Assembly: GCA_038087875.1 (NCBI GenBank)
Contig: CM075993.1
Coordinates: 1,116,001-1,180,000, forward strand
Length of the DNA stretch: 64,000 nucleotides
Origin: Malacoraja senta
Taxonomy: Eukaryota
Direction of reading: 5' to 3'
In this document: positions 10,864-23,706 of the stretch, in pieces
Numbering within the stretch: position 1 is the first letter of the stretch
Layout: each line of letters begins with the position of its first letter
Made by a program: the position numbers and the translations under genes
The notes under the pieces: generated by a model
The model's input: the letters and a program-made list of their open reading frames with translations, nothing else
Database searches by the model: none
What the model was told of the DNA's origin: nothing

Positions 10864-13800
10864 GATGGAATCTGTTACCTAAGTGGCCTGGTGTGAATTT
10901 TTCCCCCAACTATGAAAATGTGGTTGAAAAAGGAAAATATAGCCCGTTGAAGTTCCATTTGCTGGGAATATAATGAGACAATGCCAATATACAAGAACTA
11001 AGAGAAACAAACAGTGTGATTCTGAAGTTTCAGAAGATGATTTCACACTAGAAATGCAAAAAGTTTAAGGACATAGACCCTCGCATGGAAAATACAAAGC
11101 TACCATCGTGCAGAGAGACAACAGGAAGAAATTACAAGCGGCAAATATTTGAAATAAAACAAGAGAATAGCAGAAGTACTCCACAGGTCAGACAGCATCT
11201 GCGTAAGCTGAAACAGAGTTAGTGTTTCATTTGATGCTATTTTGTTCTATTTAACTAAAATGCCAGTGGTTTCTCTCTCTCTACCAAAGCTATCAAACCT
11301 GTTGTGTGTTTTAAGTGCTACGTATATAACCGTGGCTCAGTAAGAAATGGGCATTCAGTAAGAATTGTCCTGTATAGCTACTGGTCATGTGGCGATATAG
11401 CGTTATGAAAAATTACAGAAAACAAAAATATATATTTTTTAAATCCAGAAGGACACACAGTGCTGGAGTCCAAACCCAAAATGACACCTATCCATGTTCT
11501 CCATTATCTGCCTGACCCGCTGAGTTACTCCCGTACTGTTCCCTTTTGTGTAAACCAGCATCTGCAGCTCCTTGTTTCCAAAATAAATCCACTTGTGGGA
11601 AAAGGAATTGGGAAAACTGGAACAATAAATTAATTTTTCAATTGAAATTCCACTTGAAGGGCTAAAAAAATGTGAAGTATAGAGGACTGTCAACAGTGCA
11701 AAAATAATATGGCAAGTCTAGTTAAACTTGAATGTTAAACTATATCCAACACAGCGGGTAATGACAGGAAGATGAGGAGTTCTATGATGGGAAGGAATGA
11801 GTGAAGGCAATTAAATGAATTTTTCATGAGAAATACCTGTTGTCTGATTCCAAGTTCAGTCAAAGTTGTGATGTGGAAGTCAGTCAAAGAAATAAGTATT
11901 TACCGATTTCTTGAACAATCAAGACATCTCCTAGAATGATTGCCAATAGGCCACAGCTGTATAAAAATAAATCTTAGAGATTGCTTGGAAGACACAAGTA
12001 GCATTCCATGATTTCTCTTTCTTCATGCCAATCCAAGCGGATGCCAACTCCCATCTGGAAAAAATATCTTAAAAGGAATAAAAAGAAATCTATGTCCTTT
12101 CTTTGATATCCGCAAAATCCCAAGTCTGAAGAAGGGTCTTGACCCGAAACGTTGCCTATTTCCTTCGCTCAATAGATGCTGCCTCACCCGCTGAGTTTCT
12201 CCAGCATTTTTGTCTAACTTCGATTTACCAGCATCTACAGTTCCTTCTTAAGCAAAATCCCAATATAGGTTGGTGTCATTTTGAAAACAATACTTTGTTT
12301 CATTGCAGCTCAGGCCTCCCTAAGCTAGGTATAAAGGTTATGAAGAGAAATATTAGAGATCTCCAGGGATTTTGGACATATCAATCTTTCACGCAGGTGC
12401 GTTAGTTAAACATTAGGTATATTTCTCCTTCACAACGCTGAGAAGCACCTGAACTGAGCTGCTGTGGAGATCTGGAAGAATTCTTCAGACTTGAATATCT
12501 GTAAGTTATATTAAGCAGCCATACATACCTTTCTTTCCACAGCCTTAAATGAACCTGAAATCAGACATTTCTCATTGGGACATGATGGACTGTATGAAGA
12601 TACGGTAAGAGAATGTAGGAGAGATGGTAGGCTTAAATGAAGTAATCAGGAGATAAATGAAAGAGGAGTGATGATTCGGAAGATCTTAACATCAAATGGC
12701 TTCACAGAAATGCAACTGAAGTGCAAGTATAATCTTAATTTACCGTAATTGAAATAGTGTTATTCATTAAATCTCATTTCTACAGCTTACCAGTTATCAA
12801 AATATATGTGTGCATTAACTGCGGTAACGCAGCAGTTGAAAATTTGCACACAAAGAATGGTGACCAAATGGTCCTTTTTTTATTATCAGGTATTGATTGC
12901 AGAATAAATATTGGCCAGAACATCATTTAGAATCTGCAATTATTCCTGAAAATTGTGTTTTGAGTTCTCTTAAAATCCATTGCAAACAACATTTGGGCAT
13001 CAGGATGTTATCTCAGTGCAAGATGGGAACTGAACAGAACAGCACTCAATGCTCCACTGGGAGTATCAACTCAGACAAGAGTTGTTTATTCAGCAAACAC
13101 TTGAAAGTTGTTTTCCTCTGTATAAACAAGGTATTAAACAGAAGACCACATGGTTGTTCAAGGCTTTGGCGTTTAGCCAAGGTCCTCAGACACACTGTAA
13201 ATTGAATTTGATAATCTGCTTGAACTGGTCAGGGAAATGGGGTCAAGTGTTTGCGATCAGTCTCCCAATGCAAGCAATCTGAATCAGTGACAGGAATGTA
13301 AACAACAGGAAGTTCTGCATGACCGATTATATTTTGCCGGTAGAGGGAGGAAAATAATCCAATTTTACTTTTTTGATTTATACACCATGTAAGTTTCTCA
13401 CAGCTCAGTACACAGAATATTATCAGATTAAAGATGCTACTCTCTTAATGGATAAAGACCTTGAATTCTGAAGGCAACACCAAGGGCGGAAAGGAAGGCA
13501 GAGAAGGAAGCAACAATATGCAAGAAAAAAAAAGTTTGTGTCGTTTTAAACTCTTGTCCAACATTTTGTGGTCTGACAACTCCCGTAATTTGGAGTGTCT
13601 TGAATCTGTAGTATAAATCTATAATCATTACTGAGACCGAACCAAGATCCAACTAAGACCCAAGACCTAAGAGCCAAAGCTGAAACGTTCCTTGATCGAA
13701 CCAAGAAACCAAGATCAAACCAAGATTTTTAAAAGTAACTAAGGTATAAAAAGAATAATTAAGATTGAAAGATTAATAAGATCTGAACTAATCTGCAGGT

Positions 13801-14062
13801 AATTATCTTACCAGCACAACTTTTACCTTCTCAGCTGACTACATTTCCAATTCACAAAAAACTTATGGACAGTTCTCAGAAATGTGCCCATAGTTGAGAA
13901 CAGTTCTTCTGCTCAGAGGAAGATGATCAAGGCAATTTCTATGGTCTGGATTTTGTATAGTCCCAAGGGTGCTGGATTAGAGTTTCAACCTGCAGAGGAG
14001 GAGGTTTCTGAAGACAGATTAAGAAATGAAACTAAAAAGAAAGAACCACTGGTGATGTGTTA

Positions 14063-14265
14063 AGGACCTGTCCCACTTGGGCGTCACGCAGGTGGCGCGC
14101 GAGGATTTTGAGAATCCCAATATCCTGGGGTGCCGCGCGCTACCACGCGTCACTGCCTATGCCACCACGTCTCACCACATGCCATGCGCGCGCGTAAATG
14201 CACGCGTAATGCACGCCATGCGCGTGTAAATGACGCGCAAATAACGCCCAAGTGGGACAGTCCCT
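14063..14265. mobile_element. MITE, PIF/Harbinger-like
   Basis: 22-bp TIRs aggacctgtcccacttgggcgt / acgcccaagtgggacagtccct (2 mismatches), TTA on both sides, CpG-rich interior. Confidence 0.8.
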
Positions 14266-16049
14266 TTAGATGTGCAGGAATGAATTTGGATCCATTACAT
14301 ACAGCTGGAAGGGAACAAATGAATCAAAAACAATGAGCTCAGAACATAGAACAGGCCCTTCTGCCCACAATGTCCATACGAACTTGATGCCAATCTCCAC
14401 TGTTGACTTGTGATTCATCATCCTGCATTTCCAGCATATTCACGTGTTTGTCTAAAAGCCACTATTCATATCTGCTTCACAGCGTTGATCAGAAACCTTC
14501 AAGAAGAGGTCACGCTTGGGGGACAAACAAGCTACATATGAGGCAAACCAGACAAAAAGGAAGGAACCAAAAGATCTGAAGCAACATGGTTTCCATCAAC
14601 ACTTATGAGGTCTATGCAAGTGTTTTGGAGTTAAGGATGGAGACAGAGAAGAGCAAAGTAAAACTAACGATGGTGTCCATTCAATTAAAATAAAATACTC
14701 TTCACTTATATTCAAATTATAGGTTTTATAATCTGACTTCCCATATAAGCCAAACAGAGCAATTATATACTTCCGTGGAGGAAATGGACAATCAGTCTGA
14801 AGAAGGGTCTCGACCCGAAACCTTACCTATTCCTTCTCTCCAAAGATGCTGCCTGTCCCGCTGAGTTACTCCAGCATTTTGTGTCTACCTTCAATTTAAA
14901 CCAGCATCTGCAGTTCTTTCCTGTACAGATGACTTTGGGGGTCAGGACACTTCTTCCGATGAGTCCAATCCTGAAATGTTGCCTGTCACCCTCCCCAGAT
15001 GTTGCCTAACCCACTGAGTTCCACCATCAAGTTGATGTTTGCTCAAGATTCCACATCTGCAGGCTCTGTGTCATAAGGTCGTAATTGATAGGAGCAGAAT
15101 TAGGCCAATCAGCCCATCAAGTCTACTCTGCCATTCAATCATGGCTGATCTATTTCTCCAGAGAAATAACATAAGTGACATAACAGGCTACTAGCAAGAT
15201 AATAACTGCAGAAGTTATCGGTCCTTTTTGCATGTTTTTTTTACAAGAAACTTGCACAGTTGCACCTCAACATTCTTTGTCAATTCAAAGGTACATACCT
15301 GTATGTCATATACATAGATCATATATTCAATTTCTCTATTCTGGCAATTTATCTCTGAATTATTGTATTTGACACAAAGGGGAACAATACTGATGCATCA
15401 CTTATACATTCATCAGCTTGCTGATGACAGAGATAGAATGATTGGATTGTAACCAGTCAGATTGGGTTTGTTCTGCTGATTGTGAGCATGAGACAACTGG
15501 GCCATTTTCCACAGCGTAGCTTAGCTTAGTTTAGAGATACAGCATATAAACAGGCCCTTCGACCCGCCGAGTCCACGCTGACGATTGATCACACTAGTTC
15601 TACGTAGCTTGGTTAGAGGCACAGCTAGTTCTACAGCACAAGCCTTCAGCACAAAACTAGCGTGCAATTTGCTAGAATAAATAAGGAACAGTTAATAACC
15701 CAAAGTATAAGTTGCACCAGAAATAAACAGATTTTTTTTTCAAATTGCAGAAAAACAATCCAACATACTAAATTATTCTATAAACCTGTGGCTCTAATAT
15801 CAGCAATCATTTTCTAAACTTGCTAATTCATTGTTGTGGTTCAAACATTGAAATATAACCACCAGAGGTCAGCCAATATTAATGAAATTATATGCAATAT
15901 GCTGTCAACACCATCAGGAGACAAGAGTAAGAGATTATTTCAGAGTAGTGAAGCTTTGAACAAGAACATTAAACTTGCAGTATCATAATCTCTCAATAAG
16001 TATTCAAGAAACATATTGAATACAACTCCATAAAAAGACAGCAAAGTAC

Positions 16050-16055
16050 TTTATT
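16050..16055 (-). terminator. Candidate MYO9A polyadenylation signal
   Basis: AATAAA on the - strand at the end of a ~2.7 kb stretch below the stop codon that lacks recognisable interspersed repeats. Confidence 0.45.
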
Positions 16056-17116
16056 AGATGATGGCAAATTATTAAATTAGCATACAAGTGAAAAAGTAAC
16101 CCAGAAATGTATTCCAAAAACCAACCCTGTAATACCAATTTATCAGCCACATTTCATTGACTATTGTTATAAAATCTGTATGATACTTTTGTTGAAGTTC
16201 TCTGACTGAAAGGGAACGGTTTCCCCCAGCTATGTCCTTATCACATCAGGCACAAGAATCAGCTGAAGAGTCAGTGAGGCAGAGTTTTGTGCTCCAGTGG
16301 CTCGATCACCATTGGACTCAGATGGTTGCAAATGCTCCTGTTTCTGCATTTAATCACACTGCTTTACATACCTCTTCCCTTAAGTTTGGTTTCCCATTAT
16401 ACATGAATCCACAGGCCTATGTTGTGTACTTTGCACTTGTTAGTTGTCGTGCCAAAAGGGGGTGCAAAGACTGAACTCAGCATACCATGCTACAAAATGG
16501 AAAACACATCTGCAAGGGCTTGTGTTTCTGACCAGTCATCAATGCAGGAAAATATGTTTGGACATACTGGCTGAAGGCAGTACGAGGTTGAGAATCAAAG
16601 AGCGTTTTTAGGAGGGGAAGTGGGGGTTGGTTTGCAGGAGAAGGCCGAGAATTAACAAACTGATAAACTTTCATGCAAATTACAACAAGCAAAACTAATG
16701 TATGTGAGCCCAGCAAGGCTAATATATTTGCTCACTCAAACAGGGAAACACATCATTTCCAACCTATGATCAGTTCTACTCTTGCACGTTGTCCACCTGT
16801 ATGAGATCTTGTTCCTTTCTATATCCATGTCCATGTGTTAAAATATTTTTTGTTGTCAGTGAGAAAAATTAACTCAGAGTTGAACCGTTCCCGTTCCACA
16901 AAGCTTTATGAAGATCAACTCCCCAGCTGCTGTGAATCAATCAAGAGCTTCGAGCAGACCCAGGTTTGAACTGTGCAAACTCAAGGGTATAATCATTGAC
17001 TGTTTATGACTGAATGAGAAATATTTAGATGTGAGCAGTTCAAGTCAGCTTGCTTGCTGCTCTCTGGTTGTTCAAAGATTGCTCTAGGAAAATGAGAAAT
17101 TAATACATACACAGAG

Positions 17117-17136
17117 ACACACACACACACACACAC
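17117..17136. repeat. (AC)10 microsatellite in the putative MYO9A 3' UTR
   Basis: Seen directly. Confidence 0.9.
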
Positions 17137-18763
17137 GCATAGAAAGAACAATAAGTCTTTCATTATCTACCTGTCCCCATAAGCGGGGCTTAAAGGTTTC
17201 GTTTTTTAATGCTATGCTGCATCCATTCTTTCTGGACCACTGATTTAACCGTAATATCTTTCAGCTTTCTCTTCTATACACAAGAAAAATGTCAGAATGC
17301 AAGTTTTACAGCTTCTTCTTTAATAAGCTGTGGGCTATTTGTTCATGAACTTGTTTGTACACCATACACAGATATATTTAAGAAATATTAGATAAATTGC
17401 ACTTTATACATAAGATGCCACCCCAACTGCCAATGTCAAAAATACAGAGCTGAAACTGTACAGAAACCTCTTGTATGTTGGGATGAAGGTTACTGAGCAG
17501 TTTATGAGTAATTATTATAGAATATGACAGGATAATATATCCTTTACAAACAGATTTCTTGAAATATACAGTCATGAGCATACTATAAGTTACAAGAAGC
17601 CCAGCATGCCCATTCCAGTGATTGTTACATTCAGTTTTGTTCCTAATCTACTCCACAGATACTCCCTTTGGGCAGGAAGCTACAATCTTATATCACAGAA
17701 ATCAAATGTTTCCAAAAAACTTTTTTTTTTTAAATGGAAGGTTAAAAACAAAAAACATTTGAGTTAACAGTAAGCATTAGAAATCAGACTAAAAATCTTC
17801 AAGTCCTCTTTGCTTTTAATACTGACAATTCAATAAAAGATATTCTACTGGGCTAAATTTCAAGGACCATGTATGATATTGGCTTACCTACACTATTATC
17901 ATGCATCAGTTGATGAGCTGTAATATAACTGCACTGTTGCTCATGTCCAATGCAATGCGGACGGGTGGTGGATTTGCAAAGCACAATGACTAGTCAGGTT
18001 GGTCCCTTTAATTCCACGCTTCCTAAACGCTACACGCCCAGGGAGGAGCAGCATTACTTGACTGGTAAAGTGGTTCATGAAACCCTGTAAAAATGCCAGA
18101 CATAGGATGTATGGTTAATGCATTTTTTTGTGCAGACATTTTGGCTTACATTTCCCAGTGGCCACTGGCTGTTTCTGAAACATTTTTTTTAAATTCTCCA
18201 ACTGCAGTGCCTCAGCTGAGTGAGAAGTGCTATTGTCTGATTGTGAGCATCTTGCTATTTGCGATTTCTTAAATAAGCTCTCTCAATAATCTTTGACCAA
18301 AAGCATTGATGGAGTGTAACTATGGGATGACATTTAAATCCACCTTTTTCCTTCAGTCTTCTGGAAAGTCCCCTTTTCTGGATGGCAAACACTGTTTAAA
18401 ACAAGTGCTTCTTCAAGTATGGCCTTGCTACCACAACTCTCTGGACTGCAGATACCCTTGGTGACCGTCAAGAACAGCTGTTTGTGATTACACCTGCAGC
18501 CCAGATCCTCTTCTTGGAACACCGACAGGTGCAGACTTCTCAGTGTCTAATTGATTAAGGCCACAGCACAAACCTTCTGGCAGGCTTTTTTTAAACAGAG
18601 AGAAATCACTTCCCTTTGTCATTCCTTGAGGCAATAATGCCACCTATGAGGATTGGACGTATTGCATGTGATGCACTGAGAAAGCAGCTACCAGAGGAAG
18701 ATGTGTTGGGATGGATGAAAGACCTCCACTCGATTAGGACAGAAACCTTCAAAGGTCTTGGTC

Positions 18764-19230
18764 TCACACCATGAACTCATTGCTCCCAAATACCACTAGC
18801 TGCTGAGTTGCCCCAAAGTCAGGCTCAGCATTTAATTTTTTCTCTGAGCCCGAGGCCCCGTCAGTTGTGTCTTTGAACTTCTGCGCCGAGCGCTTCATCA
18901 TCTTAAGTTTTTGTTTGCCCTTTTCCGGATTGAAGGTCCCTCTGGTTGTAAACTGCGGCCTCTCATCCTGACCTTTAGCACCATCCCCATCTGCCCTTTG
19001 CTCAATGCTGTTGTGCGAACGGTAAAACGCTGGCGAAGGTGATTTTGAGCGGAAACGGAATCGCTTTCCTCCTTGCGGTAAACATGACAATGATTGTGCC
19101 GCCGTGGGAGAGGAATGAACAGTTAAATCAGCCGACACTGCAGATTCTGTTTTCTTCCTCTGTGGCCTCCTCAACTTTCTCATTGCTTCAGATCGGCGGT
19201 GACCAACGGAACTTACAACTGAACCTCTTT
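18764..19230 (-). CDS. MYO9A: MYO9A last coding exon
   Basis: ...PQFTTRGTFNPEKGKQKLK...QQLVVFGSNEFMV-stop, matching the MYO9A C-terminus; ttgacag| acceptor. Confidence 0.94.
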
Positions 19231-20561
19231 CTGTCAATGAACAACAAAGGCAGATGTTAGCATGAGCACTCCCCTTGGACTGATTCTACTTGAAGCTGCC
19301 CAACTTCATCACATAAAAACTCGCTTCTCAAATATTTCAATAAAAGTTAAATCAGATTTTAAATACATCTTTTAGTTCATATCCCCAAACTAAATTTCGA
19401 AGGATTCAGGAAAGTTAGTAGCTGAAGGCAAGAAAGAAAAGTTTGGTTAAACCAAACGAATGCCTTTGCAACACGAACCTCAATATTCCACCCTCCCACA
19501 CAGCTGATCCCCGGTCCCCTAAAACAGTACTCTCTTCCCTTTGATCAGACCCCCGTCATCTGCCCTTGACCCGTTTCTTCTTCTTTCAGCCATAAATAAA
19601 AATAGAATTGCGGATACAGGACAGACTTAGCAGATCAAGCAACATCTGTGGAAAGAGATACATAGTGAACAATTCAGATTGAAAATACCTTTGCTCAGAC
19701 CAAGGGTCTTTGACCTGAAACTTTCTCTTTCCGCAGATGCTGCCTGACCTGCAGAAATCTTCCCAGCATTTTGCGCTTTTAATCCAGGCCTCTGCTAAAA
19801 CACCCACCTTTCCCACTTAACCCCCTAAGTCCCATCATGTCATCACCATTCTGGGCAGCAGCACATCCATGGCACTTGTCTGAAGAAGGGTCTCGACCCG
19901 AAATGTTACCCATTCCTTCTCTCCAGAGATGCTGTCTATCACGCTGAGTAACTCCAGCATTTTGTGTCTATTCACAACTCCCAACCCCGGTTCCTCCACA
20001 CCAACCCCATCATCCACCCACAGAGACGCCAACCCCTTCTCTTGCCCCTTTCAATCCACTGTATTTCTTCCCCTCCACTCTGCTTCAAGTCTGCAACGTG
20101 CCCTGCAGACTTTTCTACCTGATCTTCTCAACAGGTGAGGTGCCAGCCAGGAAATACCTTCTGGCGACAACTTTACTTTAGTTTGGAGATAGTGCGGAAA
20201 CAGGCCCTTTGAGTCCGCACTGACTAGCAATCTCCGTACATTAACAGCGTCCTACACCCACAATTTACACTTATACCAAGCCAATTAACCTGCAAACCTG
20301 TAGGTCTTTGGAGTGCGGGAGGAAACCAAAGGTCTCGGAGAAAACCCATGCAGGTGACGGGGAGAACATACAAACTCTGTACAGACAGCACCCATAGTCG
20401 GGATCGGACCCGAGTCTCCAGGGCTGCAAGGCGCTGTAAGGTAGCAACTCTACCGCTACGCCACCATGCTGCCCCTGTAACCTCTTTACTTTTCTATTGG
20501 AACTGTATGAACTGCTAACAAGCTGCTTGAGTTTGAGAGCAAATGTCCGTGGAACAGTTAC

Positions 20562-20704
20562 CAGTGCGTCCCGACAGTGCTCCCTCAGAGTCCATGTTTA
20601 TGTTTTCAAAGCTGTCAGCTGTTCCAATGGATGCTTCTGACTCGAGGGTCTCGTCATCTGAGGCTCGTGGCTCGAGAGCAAGTATTTCAAATGTCAGTTC
20701 ATCC
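20562..20704 (-). CDS. MYO9A: MYO9A penultimate coding exon
   Basis: DELTFEILALEPRASDDETLESEASIGTADSFENINMDSEG...; tgtttag| acceptor, |gtaact donor; phase 2/1. Confidence 0.94.
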
Positions 20705-23503
20705 CTAAACAAAATATAATTTGTAAAAGTGTGAGCTATCTATACAGGCAAGAGATGTGTAATACAATAACATGTTCTTCCTGATCTTAAATCTGATTGC
20801 TCTATCACACGTACCTTCGCAACAGCTAGATTAATAATGGTTGAGTTACTGTGGCTCAAATTATAATGGTTGGCTGCCTGCTACTGAGGAATAATGCCTT
20901 AATGACATATAATAGTGTTCGTCATTATGATCGATTACAACTATTCCCAGCAGAATTGAAAGAATCATGACTTGCAGCCTAACTACATCTTTCCGCTGTG
21001 CCCATGGTTACTTGTGCAACGTCTAATCAGTATTCCACACGGTCAAAATACTCAGTGATCACACTAGGATATCCCAAATTAGGATAGCTGGCAGCTTGTT
21101 ATGTAGGATTTTTCCTCCATTTAGAAATTGGTCTCCATTTAACAGAACTGTGAAACGGAACTTAGCTGAAAGGAATAGGAATCGGAAAAAAAAAGTTTTT
21201 TACATTTCTTTATGACATAGGGTGCAGCGATTTGCCCACCGAGTCCTTGCCTGCTCACACGGCAAACTGATTCTTGCATAATTTTCCCTTTACGCTATTC
21301 TCACAGGTACCGTAACGGTTTAATCACTTACACTAGGGGCTAATTTACAACAACCAATTAAACATCTAATATACACCGTTTTGGAATAAGGGGAAACAGA
21401 AGCACATGGGGTAAAGTCCTGCACTCAAAAGGGAGATTGTACAATCATCACAGAGATCAGGAGCAACGCCAGGTCCCTGTAGCTGTAAGGCAACAGCCCG
21501 GTTAGCCGTGCCACTGTGCCACCCTTAAAATAATGCAATCTCCGGTTGATGGACTCAGGAACAGAACAGTGTTCTGACACTCCTTTCATAATGCCATGTA
21601 TTAACTGACTCATGGTACTTAAGATTTACTAATGACATTTCAAAAAGCACTACAACTGAAATCACTAAAGCTGAGCTCTTTTCTAGTTATGTAAAGACAC
21701 ATGAATATAATCAGGGAATTGTCCTAACGCCCCATAGGATCTATGTTAGCTCCTGCTCAGCAGCCTACACTGATCTACTTCCATTCCCTATTTTCCCCAA
21801 ACCCCATGAAATTATTTTCTCCTACATCTATTAAATTCCTTTTAGAAAGGCCTGTGAACTTCTGTAGCAACATCCTTGAACAGAAGTCCAGATCACCAGA
21901 ACTCACAGCACTTTTTCCTCACATCTCCTCTGCATATTTTGTCCTTCACATTAAATCTATATCCCGATTCAAGAGTAATTTGTTATCAATAACAAGCTCT
22001 CTCTAATAGCCTACCTAATGTTGTCAAGATCAAATCTCCCCTCAATCTTTGTTGATTCAATGAAAACCATCCCAACCTCTCTAACCTTGGAACTAAAATC
22101 CCTCATCCATGGAAACATTCCCGTAAATCTCTTCTGCAATCTCTTTAAGCGCTTCACTTTCTCCATAAAGTGTAGCAATCAAAAAATTAGTCAATAATCC
22201 ACTTATCATTAACCAGATTTTTTTATACATGTTCAATATTACTTGACTGTATTTGTGTCTGGCAGATACTTACAAAGCACAAGGCCCACATGCATTCCTT
22301 GCATCTCACTCAACATGTACTGACATTTCAAAGATTCATCACATCCACACTCAGGTTCGTCTGCTCCTGCTTATTTTTTAAGAACTATGCCAATTACCTT
22401 ATATTGTCTTTCCTTTTCCTTTCTGTCAACATGTATCGCTTCACACTTTGGTTATTAAATTTCATCTGCCATCTGTCTGCACAATCCATCAGCCAATTCC
22501 CCTGTAGTTTCATACTATTCTCCACACTGTTGCCCACACCTCTGAGTCCAGTGTTACCTTTAAATTTATTATTCTGCACAAACTTTTCCAACTCGTTTGT
22601 TTGAATTGTATACTTCTGCAGAATGGTGGCATTGTTTAGAACTGAGACGAGGAAACACTTTTTCTCACAGAGAGTTGTGAGTCTGTGGAATTCTCTGCCT
22701 CAGAGGGCCAGTTCTCTGGATACTTTCAAGAGAGAGCTAGATAGGGCTCTTAAAGCTAGCGGAGTCAGGGGATATGGGGAGAAGGCAGGAACGGGGTACT
22801 GATTGGGGATGATCATCCATGATCACATTGAATGGCATGCTGGCTTGAATGGCCAACTCCTGCACCTATTGTCTATTGTTGGCACAGCCCAGCATTTACT
22901 GCGTGCCTCCATGAGAAGGTGGAAGAGAGCTACCTCCTTGAACCAAAGGAGTCCTTCTAATGCAACTCCCCAACGTTGTCGGTTTGGGAGATCCATGATT
23001 TAGATCAGCAACAAATGGCAATGTATGTCTGGAAACATGCCCTTCGGCCCAACTTGCCCATGCCGACCAAGTTGTGGATGGAATTGAACATTATGCAATG
23101 ATGTTATGCAGGGGAAGCAAACTTCCCTTACGATAGGATGATGCAGCTGAAGGTAGTTTGACCTGGGAAATACGTAAAACTAAGCAAACTTTGGAAAACA
23201 TCACCGCCTGCTATTCTCCAACCTGAAAATCAATCATTTACCTCAGCTCTTTGCTTTAAGTCTTGAGACAATTTATTATCCAGGCTGCACTGATTCCATA
23301 GCTGCAACTTTGCTAATTTCTCCTCTATGGGATTCTGGCTAATAGCTTTAGAAAATCAGTGACAACATTCATTTCATTCCCTTTCTTCATCAACATTCGC
23401 TATAATTTAATTAAAATATTATACCACGTGGCTATTTGAACTCTTGTCTGCAGTGCAAAACTCTCGAAACCAGTCATGTACTCTAAATACTTGCGCCTCT
23501 TAC

Positions 23504-23706
23504 TTTTCCTTTTGTAGCGTCTCTATTTGTTCGGTTAACACTCTTTCCTCTTGCTGCATGGCTACTTTCTGTTGCTCTGTCAAATCCACATCAATCGACT
23601 CGTCAGCGCTGGCCACTTCTTCTGGAACATCTGCGACTGAAAGCAACCGCGGTCCTACGGGAGATGTGGGGCTGTTGTGGTTGGAGCGGCGAAGACGACC
23701 TTTTCC
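23504..23706 (-). CDS. MYO9A: MYO9A coiled-coil exon
   Basis: GKGRLRRSNHNSPTSP...AMQQEERVLTEQIETLQKE(K); ttttgaag| acceptor, |gtaaga donor. Confidence 0.92.
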
